This document shows positions 54,499 through 62,350 of a DNA stretch of 64,000 nucleotides, one piece after another (position 1 is the stretch's first letter; every line of letters begins with the position of its first letter). Below the pieces are notes generated by a model. It was not told the DNA's origin, did no database searches, and saw only the letters and a list, made by a program, of their open reading frames with translations. The position numbers were made by a program, and so were the translations under genes. The stretch covers positions 2,447,953 to 2,511,952 of the forward strand of contig CBDAOQ010000003.1 in assembly GCA_965198125.1 (NCBI GenBank), read 5' to 3'. Source of the DNA: Candidatus Versatilivorator sp. GTDB taxonomy: Bacteria; Acidobacteriota; Terriglobia; Versatilivoradales; Versatilivoraceae.

Positions 54499-54712
54499 GT
54501 TGTGCTCTCTTTCCTAGAGCCTAGCACAATCCAGGCGGCCTCACCGAGGCCTCAACATGAAGGGGAAAACACCCGCTCAGGCCTCTTCCGGGAGGGACTA
54601 CCCCAAGACTCCAAAGGAGGGACCAAGAAGGCCGCTTAACCGACCATCCCTGGCAGGGGAACTGTCGGGTGATTACTGTCACTGTACACACCAGGAAACC
54701 AGGGGCATTACA

Positions 54713-54934
54713 GCTGCGATCGGCCACCAGCCTCTTCAGCTTGGCGTTCTCCTCCCGCAATTGCTTCAACTCCCGCACCTCGGCAGGCTCCAGGCCCCCG
54801 TACTGCTTCTTCCAACGGTGAAAGGTCTGCTCCTCTATCCCCAACTTGCGGGCAGTATCGGCCGCCGAATCCCCCATCTCGTGCTGCTTCACTGCCGTCA
54901 CGATCTGCTCAACCGAGGATCGCTTGCGCTTCAT
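54713..54934 (-). pseudogene. IS3-family transposase OrfA (HTH) remnant without OrfB
   Basis: MKRKRSSVEQIVTAVKQHEMGDSAADTARKLGIEEQTFHRWKKQYGGLEPAEVRELKQLREENAKLKRLVADRS matches IS3/IS911 OrfA; the frame then leaves homology and no DDE OrfB follows. Confidence 0.5.
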
Positions 54935-55081
54935 CTGACATCCTCCTTCCTCTCTGGGGAGTTTGTCAGAAATCACTTCCTCGGTGGATCTGTTTTTGGG
55001 GAGACCCTCAAATTTGGGGGAAGGCCGCTATCGGTTGCCGTACCACTGCCGGCAACAGGTTTCATCTCGGTCAGCAGCAGC

Positions 55082-55450
55082 TCAGCGGTTCGGAGAGGAG
55101 GGAGTCTTTTGGCCCTTGGGGCCGGTGTCGGACGACTTCCCGCCATTGCCGGATTCGGTGCTGGAGCCGGAGGATTCCGCTCCGGGCTTGGATTCAGCGC
55201 CAGTTTTGGATTCGGCAGCAGTCTTGGATTCGGCCTCGGGCTTGGCCTCGGACTTGGGCGTGGATTCCGGCTTGCGGGCGTAGTCGGTGACATACCAACC
55301 GGTGCCTTTGAACTGAAAGGAAGTCCTGGAGATCAACTTGGTCAAATGACCGCTGCATTCGGGGCAGGTCTTGAGGGGTTCGTCGGAGAATTTCTGCATG
55401 ACTTCAAGAACCTTGCCGCACGCATCGCAGCCATATTCATAAATCGGCAT
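55082..55450 (-). CDS. FmdB-family zinc-ribbon protein with a long S/K/E-rich C-terminal tail
   Basis: [17 protein letters not shown]...CPECSG (CxxC...CxxC zinc ribbon of the FmdB family), followed by a low-complexity [12 protein letters not shown]... tail. Confidence 0.65.
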   Translation of the reverse strand: MPIYEYGCDACGKVLEVMQKFSDEPLKTCPECSGHLTKLISRTSFQFKGTGWYVTDYARKPESTPKSEAKPEAESKTAAESKTGAESKPGAESSGSSTESGNGGKSSDTGPKGQKTPSSPNR

Positions 55451-55835
55451 GGGCGCCTACCTTCCGGGAGACCGCCAGGGTCCTGGCGAAGCCGGCAGGA
55501 ACTCTAGCGAGGCTGTGCCTCAGACCAACAAGCATGGAGAGCGATGGATATCCTCTTTGTGGCCAAACTTGATCCATCCGCAAAACTTGACTCATCTGTC
55601 AAGGTTGTCGCGACTCAGGAGATCTAACCACTATCCTGTATTGCTCACCGGGTCGCTGGATAGGTCATGAGAGACCGTTTACCTGCAGCCTTTTGTCGGC
55701 CATGTCTTGAAGGCCCTCCAGCGAGCAATGCAGGCTAGCAACTATCAGGGGATAATTCAAGCCCAGGAGCGGGCAGAGACCACGGGGCCGGCTCATTGTA
55801 ACCAAGGGACTGGAACAATCGCCCCGGACGGAAAG

Positions 55836-56747
55836 TCACCTGGCAAGACTCATTCCCGCCAGCTTCGGCAGTGTGATTCGAGCCTGGTTGGAGATGTACC
55901 TCAGGGGGTTGACCGGCATCTTTCCGATCCGAACCTCGTAGTGGAGATGGGGACCGGTGGAACGCCCCGTGTTACCCACGAAGCCGATCACCTGGCCTCG
56001 CTGGACCGGTTCACCCGGTTTCACGTTGTAAGCGGAGAGATGGGCATAAACGGTCGAGAGGCCGAAGCGGTGTTTCAGGATGATCGTTTTGCCATAGGTG
56101 GAGCGACGCCTGGCGGACAGCACCTTCCCATCGGCCGAGGCCAGCACCAGGTTGCCGGCGTTGGTGGCAATGTCGATGCCTCGATGAAACTGTGACAGTC
56201 CTGGGCCGAACCGGTCCAGGATGAAACCGAAGCGGTCCCTCAGTATTCCGTCCACCGGCCAGGTGCTGGGAGTGTAGGTCAGCTTGAAGTAGCCCCGCCG
56301 GTAGAGTTGGGCGAGGTCGTCGATTTGCCGGTCGACGTTCTGGAACAGGCTGCGGAACGCCTTCGATCGTGCGGGCAACGGGCCGTCGGCAGCCTCGGAG
56401 AAGGTGAGCTGGCTGAAATAGACTTGGGAGGGGACCCGGCTCTGCCCCCGCCTTGCGGTAATTCGGGAGAGCACCTGCACTTCTTCGGCCAGCAATTCCA
56501 GCGCGGAGACGCTGCCTCCGACCCGCTGCAGCGTCTGTCTCAGAGCCTGATTTTCCTGATTGGAATGACGGAGTTCGCTGCGAAGCCGTTCCAGGTCTAA
56601 CCACTGGTCGGTGTTGCGGCCGACGTCCACCGCCCGGGTCAGCAGTGCCACCAGTCCGAACGAGCTGAGCAGCACCGTTACGGCTACCAATCCGGGGGAA
56701 CGGGTCGACCGGCGACCTTCGTATGGGCGGTAGGGGTGTGGCTTCAC
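55836..56747 (-). CDS. M23-family peptidase (LytM/peptidoglycan DD-metalloendopeptidase-like) with N-terminal TM/coiled-coil
   Basis: HRGIDIA...G..V.A.ADGKV......YGKTIILKHRFGLSTVYAHLS...V..G..V.RGQVIGFVGNTGRSTGPHLHYEV. Confidence 0.8.
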   Translation of the reverse strand: MKPHPYRPYEGRRSTRSPGLVAVTVLLSSFGLVALLTRAVDVGRNTDQWLDLERLRSELRHSNQENQALRQTLQRVGGSVSALELLAEEVQVLSRITARRGQSRVPSQVYFSQLTFSEAADGPLPARSKAFRSLFQNVDRQIDDLAQLYRRGYFKLTYTPSTWPVDGILRDRFGFILDRFGPGLSQFHRGIDIATNAGNLVLASADGKVLSARRRSTYGKTIILKHRFGLSTVYAHLSAYNVKPGEPVQRGQVIGFVGNTGRSTGPHLHYEVRIGKMPVNPLRYISNQARITLPKLAGMSLAR

Positions 56748-57294
56748 GCGATTCTCGAATTATGAGGGAGGAAGCGGCAATCCCAGGGGCCGGTTTCCTG
56801 CTGGCGAACCGCAATCGGCGCCAATATAACAAACCCGGCCGACCCGGTCAACATAACAAATTGTGCATAACATATTGTGTGTTCGCGAGATAGCAGGGCA
56901 ATTTGTTGTTGCGGGTTCGCCATCTCATCCAATCGGCAGATTGGGGTCCAAGTGAGATTGTTTTGGCCTTCCCCAAAATTCAGGTGCGGTTCGAAAGTGA
57001 GGCATCGATCAGACAATCTCTGTCGTCGAGGTTGTGGGAAAGTGGTCCGAATGTACAGTCACAGTCATTCCCTGACGGCATATCTGCCAGGGAAGATCCG
57101 TTACCAGGTCTCCTTGACACCTCCCTTGGAGTGGTTTGGCGATCGGTTACCCGAAACCTTCTCAAGGGGCTCTCCACCAGGGTTCTCTTCATCCGTCGTT
57201 CATTGCATTTGACAGGCTCCGGTGGCTTTCCATAGGATAGTGCGGTTTCAGGAATCGATCCCGACCGGCAAGGAATTGAGGCGAGGAACCGAGC

Positions 57295-58500
57295 ATGCCC
57301 GCAACCCTCTCCCCACGGCTCCGTGTGGATTTTCCCGCGGTTCAAACCCGGCTCAACGCCGAGGAGGAGGCCGTGGTCATGGAGACGATTCGCAACAGCC
57401 CTACCTGGAGCCAGGGCGAGCAGCAGCAGGCCTTCGAGCAGGAATTCACCCGGTACGTCGACTGTGCCGACAGTCTGGCGGTGAGCAGTTGCACCTCGGC
57501 CCTGGAGATGGCCGCGGCCCTTTGCGGCCTGACCCCGGAGGACGAGGTCATTCTCCCGGCCCACACCTTTGTGTCCAGCGCCGTTCCCTTTGCCCGCACC
57601 GGAGCCCGGCTGGTGTTCGCCGATATCGATCCGGCCACCCGGCTGCTGTCGGCCGAGTTCGTCAAGCCCTGCCTCACGGAGCGGACCAAGGCGATCGTGG
57701 CGGTCCACCTCTACGGTTTGCCCGTCGACATGGACCCGATTCTCCGCTTGGCCCGGGAGCATGGCCTCAAGGTGGTGGAAGACGTGGCCCAGGCCCCGGG
57801 CGCGGTCTACAAGGGGCGCAGGACAGGATCCATGGGGGACTTTGCCGCCTTCAGCTTCCACAACCAGAAGAATATCTCCACTCTGGGAGAGGGAGGCATG
57901 CTGACCATCAGGGATGCGGCGGACGGGGAGCGGGCTAGAAAGCTCCGCTGGATGGGCAACTGGCCCTTTGCCGGAGAGCGGGAGCGTTACTGGCTGCCGG
58001 CAATGGGGAACCTGGTGAGCGGCATGAAGGGAGTCTGGCCCTTCAACTTCTGCCTCAGCGAGGTGCAGTGTGCGGTGGGACGGCGGTTGCTCCGGCGTCT
58101 GGATGCCATCAATGCCCGCAGGCGGGTCCAGGCCGACGTGATCCGTTCGGCCCTGACCGATGTTCCCGAGCTTTCCTTCCAGAGGGTGCCGGAGGGCTAC
58201 CTGCACGCCTACCACCTGCTGGTGGCCCACTTCGACAGCTCCCGAACACGGGGGACGCGGGATGATCTGATCCAATTGCTGCATCGGGACTACGGGATCA
58301 AGTGCATCGTCCAATACTGGCCTCTTTATCGCTCCGAGCTCTTCCGGTCCTTCGGCTACGGAAACATTCGCCTGTCCAACAGCGACGCCTTTTTCGACAA
58401 CATGATCAGCCTTCCCTTCTGGTCGGATATGCCGGAGGAAACCTTGCGCTATATGGCCGACAGCATTCGCTCGGCGGTTCAGGGGTTGCGGGCCGCGTAG
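57295..58500 (+). CDS. DegT/DnrJ/EryC1/StrS-family PLP-dependent aminotransferase (second copy in the window)
   Basis: 401 aa with the family's N-terminal and PLP-lysine region motifs (..SSCTSALEMA...DEVILPAHTFVSSA...KAIVAVHLYGLPVDM...). Confidence 0.85.
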   Translation: MPATLSPRLRVDFPAVQTRLNAEEEAVVMETIRNSPTWSQGEQQQAFEQEFTRYVDCADSLAVSSCTSALEMAAALCGLTPEDEVILPAHTFVSSAVPFARTGARLVFADIDPATRLLSAEFVKPCLTERTKAIVAVHLYGLPVDMDPILRLAREHGLKVVEDVAQAPGAVYKGRRTGSMGDFAAFSFHNQKNISTLGEGGMLTIRDAADGERARKLRWMGNWPFAGERERYWLPAMGNLVSGMKGVWPFNFCLSEVQCAVGRRLLRRLDAINARRRVQADVIRSALTDVPELSFQRVPEGYLHAYHLLVAHFDSSRTRGTRDDLIQLLHRDYGIKCIVQYWPLYRSELFRSFGYGNIRLSNSDAFFDNMISLPFWSDMPEETLRYMADSIRSAVQGLRAA

Positions 58501-58614
58501 CCCGGGAGGGCCGCCATGCCTGCCACCTCGGCGGTCCTTGAATTGCCGCCGAAGGGAGCAGGTTTTCTGCCCAAAAGCCCCAAGGAAGGGCCGGCGGGAT
58601 TCGGGGGAATCGAC

Positions 58615-59559
58615 ATGACTTGCAGAACGGTCTACTTCAACGGAGAGTTTGTCAGCGAACAGGAGGCCCGGGTCTCCATTTTCGATTCGGCCCTCATGTT
58701 CGGGGACATGGTTTTCGACATGACCCGAACCTATGGCCAAAAGCCCTTCAGGCTCAAGGAGCATCTGGAACGCATTTACGCCGGGCTCAAGTACCTGGAG
58801 ATCGATTGCGGTCTGACTCTGGAAGAGATGGAGCGAGCCACCCTGGAGACCCTGGACAGGAACCTGCCGGTTGTGGACGGTGCCGACGTCCAGATCATGC
58901 ACGACGTCTCCCGAGGAATCCTGCCCGTGTACAAGAGCGTGTTCGGAGGAGCCGTTCAACCCACCGTTTCCATCAACTGCTGGCCTCTGTGGTGGCACCT
59001 GGCCGGCAACGGCCCCCTGTACCGCTCGGGGATCCACTCGGTGATCGTTCCCCAGAGATCGGTGCCGGCTTATCTGATCGAGCCCAAGGTCAAGAACAGG
59101 AGCCGCGTCTACTACCAGATGGCCAACCTGCAGGCCCACAGGGTGGACCCCCACGCCTTCCCCCTGCTGACGGACGATCGAGGCTTCATCACCGAAGGCA
59201 GCGGCTCCAACTTCTTCATCGTGCGCCAGGGACGGGTGCTCACCGCCAAGAGCCACAATATTCTGGTGGGCGTGTCGCGGAACGCCGTGCTGGACCTGCT
59301 GACCGCCATGTCGGTGCCCTGGGCCGAGGAAGACTTCGGGGCCTACGAAGTCGTTAATGCCGACGAGGCTTTCCACACCGCCACCACCTTCGCCGTCATG
59401 CCCTGCACCCGCATCAACGGAATGCCCGTGGGTGAGGGAAAGCCCGGCCGGCTGACCCAAAAACTCATCGCGGCCTTTAGCGAAACCGTCGGCGTCGATA
59501 TCGTGGCTCAAGCCGACCAATATGCCGCAAAAGTCAAGGAGATGGACGGTTCCGGCTGA
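58615..59559 (+). CDS. Class IV aminotransferase (branched-chain amino acid / D-amino acid aminotransferase fold)
   Basis: Start MTCRTVYFNGEFV with GGGGGA upstream; ...VSIFDSALMFGDMVFD..R......F.L..HL.R.......L....P..... typical class IV pattern; the track ORF starts 33 codons earlier. Confidence 0.75.
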   Translation: MTCRTVYFNGEFVSEQEARVSIFDSALMFGDMVFDMTRTYGQKPFRLKEHLERIYAGLKYLEIDCGLTLEEMERATLETLDRNLPVVDGADVQIMHDVSRGILPVYKSVFGGAVQPTVSINCWPLWWHLAGNGPLYRSGIHSVIVPQRSVPAYLIEPKVKNRSRVYYQMANLQAHRVDPHAFPLLTDDRGFITEGSGSNFFIVRQGRVLTAKSHNILVGVSRNAVLDLLTAMSVPWAEEDFGAYEVVNADEAFHTATTFAVMPCTRINGMPVGEGKPGRLTQKLIAAFSETVGVDIVAQADQYAAKVKEMDGSG

Positions 59560-59610
59560 CCCGGAGCCGTTTGCGTCCTGCTCCGAGGGCGGCATCCCTC
59601 TGCCAAGGAG

Positions 59611-60957
59611 GTGGATCCCATGGCAATGAGCGTTTCGGATCTGACGCCTGTGGCCGCCCGCCCGGTGAAGACCCGATTCCGCCGTATCGCCACCCCCATC
59701 CCTGTTCCCCAATCCATCGATCTGATCCGGCGCTTGCGGGAAGTGGAGCCGCAGTCCATGGCGGGCATGGTGCCCATTGTCTGGCATAGCGCCCAGGGGT
59801 TTCAGGTGCGCGACCCCTACGGCAACCAGTGGATCGACTTGAGCAGCGGCATCGTGATGGCCAACAGCGGCCACGCCCATCCCCGCATCCTGGAGGCCAT
59901 CCGCAGGCAGACGGACTCGCCGCTGCTGTTCACCTATGCCTATCCGGGCGAAGTCCGGCAGCGGCTGCTGGAGCGCCTGGTCAAGCTGGCCCCTCCCGGG
60001 CTGGACAAGGCCATCCTGTTTTCATCGGGGACCGAGGCCAACGAGTGCGCCATCACGCTGATGCGGCGGCACGGCCAGCGGATCTCGCCCGGAAAGACGG
60101 CCATTCTGTCTCTCCAGGGGAACTACCACGGGCGGACGCTGGCGGCCAAGGCGGCCAGTGGAGGGGAAGACCGGGTGGACGGCATCCCTCGGGACCAGCT
60201 GCGCCATTTTCTGCTCCCCCCTCCCGGCGAAAACGGATTCGCCGCCGATCTTCAGTCCCGCGGCCTGGACCCCGGGGATATCGCCGGCATCATCCTGGAA
60301 TCCATTCCCGGCGTCACCACCGCCTGCCATCCTCTGGAATACGTCCGGGAGTTGAGAGCCTGGGCGACCCGCCATCGGGCGCTGATGGCCGTGGACGAGA
60401 TCCAGTGCGGGATGGGGCGGACCGGAAAGATGTTCGCCATTGAACATTACGGCGTAGCGCCCGACCTGATTACCTGCGGCAAGGGGCTGAGCTCCAGCTT
60501 GCCGGTCTCGGCCGTGATCGGGGCCAGGGAGGTGATGGACCTGGCTCCTCCCGGGGAGATGTCCAGCACTTTCGGCGGCAACCCGCTCTGCGCCGCCGCC
60601 GCCGAGGCCAACCTGGAGTTGATGGAAGACGAAGGGCTGGTGGAGCGGGCGGCGGAGCTGGGAGAGCAGCTCGAACGGTGGTTGGCCCCGGTGGTGCGGC
60701 GGCATCCTCGAGCCATTGGCCAAATCAACGGTAAGGGATTGTTTTATTCCATCCACCTGAGGAATCCGGACACGGGACAGCCCTGGGTGGGGATGGCGGA
60801 TCGGGTGGCCCTGGAGTGTGTTCGCCGGGGTGTCCTGCTGTTTGTGACGGGGAGGGGCTTCCTCAAGATCGTGCCTCCCCTGACGATCGAACGGGAGGCA
60901 TTGGAAGAAGCGGTGGGAGTGATTGCGGCTGTCCTGGATGAGGAGTTGGCTTCATGA
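59611..60957 (+). CDS. Class III (omega/acetylornithine-GABA type) aminotransferase
   Basis: ...DLSSGIVMANSGHAHPRI...FSSGTEANE.AI...AVDEIQCGMGRTGKMFA...CGKGLSS.LP motifs of PLP-fold class III enzymes. Confidence 0.8.
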   Translation: MDPMAMSVSDLTPVAARPVKTRFRRIATPIPVPQSIDLIRRLREVEPQSMAGMVPIVWHSAQGFQVRDPYGNQWIDLSSGIVMANSGHAHPRILEAIRRQTDSPLLFTYAYPGEVRQRLLERLVKLAPPGLDKAILFSSGTEANECAITLMRRHGQRISPGKTAILSLQGNYHGRTLAAKAASGGEDRVDGIPRDQLRHFLLPPPGENGFAADLQSRGLDPGDIAGIILESIPGVTTACHPLEYVRELRAWATRHRALMAVDEIQCGMGRTGKMFAIEHYGVAPDLITCGKGLSSSLPVSAVIGAREVMDLAPPGEMSSTFGGNPLCAAAAEANLELMEDEGLVERAAELGEQLERWLAPVVRRHPRAIGQINGKGLFYSIHLRNPDTGQPWVGMADRVALECVRRGVLLFVTGRGFLKIVPPLTIEREALEEAVGVIAAVLDEELAS

Positions 60958-61724
60958 CACGGCGATTGACGGTGGACCTGGAGGGATATTGCGCCCTGGT
61001 GACCGGAGGCGGCACGGGGATCGGCCGGGCCATTTCCCTGGGATTGGCCCGCTGCGGCGCCCGGGTGGTGGTGAACTATTCCCGCAGCGCGACGGAGGCG
61101 GAGGCCACCGTGGCCGAAATTACCGCCCAGGGAGGGCAGGTCCTGGCTCTTCGCGCCGACGTCACCGATGAGGATCAGGTCAGGCTGGCCGTTGCAACGA
61201 CGGTCCGGACCTACGGCGGGCTGGACATCCTGATGGCAAACGCCGGGGGCCCTACCGAGCGCTGCTCCACCGCCGACCTGTCCAGCCAGGACTGGGATGC
61301 GGGATTGAACCTGAATTGCAAGTCGGTCTTCCTGTGCGTCAAGCACGCCGTGCCCCACCTGCCGGAGGGCCGGGGACGGATCCTCATTACCTCTTCCATC
61401 AGCGCACGCAACGGCGGCGGTCCTGGCACCATCACCTACACGGCCGCCAAGGGAGCCCTGAACAACCTGGTGCGGGGGTGGGCCAAGGAGTTCGCTCCGC
61501 GCGGCATTACCGTCAATGCCATCTCCCCGGGCCTGATCTGGACCCGCATCCACCAGCAGCGGACGCCTCCGGAGGTCTACCGGGGCCTGATCGAGCGCAT
61601 CCCCCTGGGCCGCGACGGTCAGCCGGAGGATTGCGTGGGCGCGGCCCTCTTCCTGGCCAGCGAGGACGCCTCCTACATCACCGGACAGATTCTGGAAGTC
61701 AACGGCGGGATGCTGATGCCGTAG
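60954..61724 (+). CDS. Short-chain dehydrogenase/reductase (SDR, FabG-like)
   Basis: TGGGTGIGRA Rossmann motif, NAG, S...Y...K catalytic tetrad pattern (TSSISARNGGGPGTITYTAAKGAL); ATGA overlap with the upstream gene. Confidence 0.85.
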   Translation: MTRRLTVDLEGYCALVTGGGTGIGRAISLGLARCGARVVVNYSRSATEAEATVAEITAQGGQVLALRADVTDEDQVRLAVATTVRTYGGLDILMANAGGPTERCSTADLSSQDWDAGLNLNCKSVFLCVKHAVPHLPEGRGRILITSSISARNGGGPGTITYTAAKGALNNLVRGWAKEFAPRGITVNAISPGLIWTRIHQQRTPPEVYRGLIERIPLGRDGQPEDCVGAALFLASEDASYITGQILEVNGGMLMP

Positions 61725-61726
61725 AG

Positions 61727-61850
61727 GGGATCCACGAAGAGGCGCCAAGGGACAAAAAAAGAAATCCACGAAGGGCACGAAGGACCACGAAAAGGCAAAA
61801 AGATTTCCACGAAGGGCCACGAAGAACGGCGAAGGGCCACTAAGGGGTTG
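61727..61850. repeat. Cluster of CCACGAAGGGCCAC-family repeats (inverse orientation relative to 36380-36590)
   Basis: ATCCACGAAG...ATCCACGAAGGGCACGAAGGACCACGAAAAGG...TTTCCACGAAGGGCCACGAAGAACGGCGAAGGGCCACTAAGG. Confidence 0.45.
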
Positions 61851-62040
61851 GAGAAGGCTCAAAGGGATCCGCCAAAGGTTGGGAACGGACTGACAAGAAA
61901 CCCGCAAACGAGAGAGTGGTGGTGACTTGAGGCTCGTTGATTTCGTGCAATAAATTCTAGATAGCCGATGGGACAAAGTCGGCAGAGTAGGCAGGTGCCT
62001 CCGAACCAGACGAACAGTGCACGGCGTAAGGAGAATTGAA

Positions 62041-62286
62041 ATGGGTAGGGGTAATGAAAAGCTTGAAACACTGGCCAAAAAAATAAAACAGGATATCGAA
62101 AAAGGTGCGGCACCCAGCCCAGTAGAGTTGACAGTCCGTGAATTTATCGGCTGGTACGGAAAGCGCAGACGAGGATCACTGCTTGTTAGCCCATCTTTAA
62201 CAAAGGAACGGGCGATTGGGGGGATTTTACCCCCATTTTGGCCTAAAATCACCCGTAAGTTGTTGATTCTTGGTCGGAGATCCTGA
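62041..62286 (+). CDS. Small hypothetical protein (81 aa) in a low-GC patch
   Basis: AAGGAG 8 nt upstream of ATG; no family recognised. Confidence 0.3.
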   Translation: MGRGNEKLETLAKKIKQDIEKGAAPSPVELTVREFIGWYGKRRRGSLLVSPSLTKERAIGGILPPFWPKITRKLLILGRRS

Positions 62287-62350
62287 AGTAGTGCCATAAT
62301 CGTATGGGAGGGGCTTGACCCCCTCGGCCCCCTCTGTTAGGGTCCCTCCC

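Noticed and set aside
54557-55507. 316-aa plus-strand ORF spanning the IS3 orfA remnant and fmdB-like gene
   Set aside because: Antisense to two recognisable genes, with low-complexity G/L/P-rich sequence.
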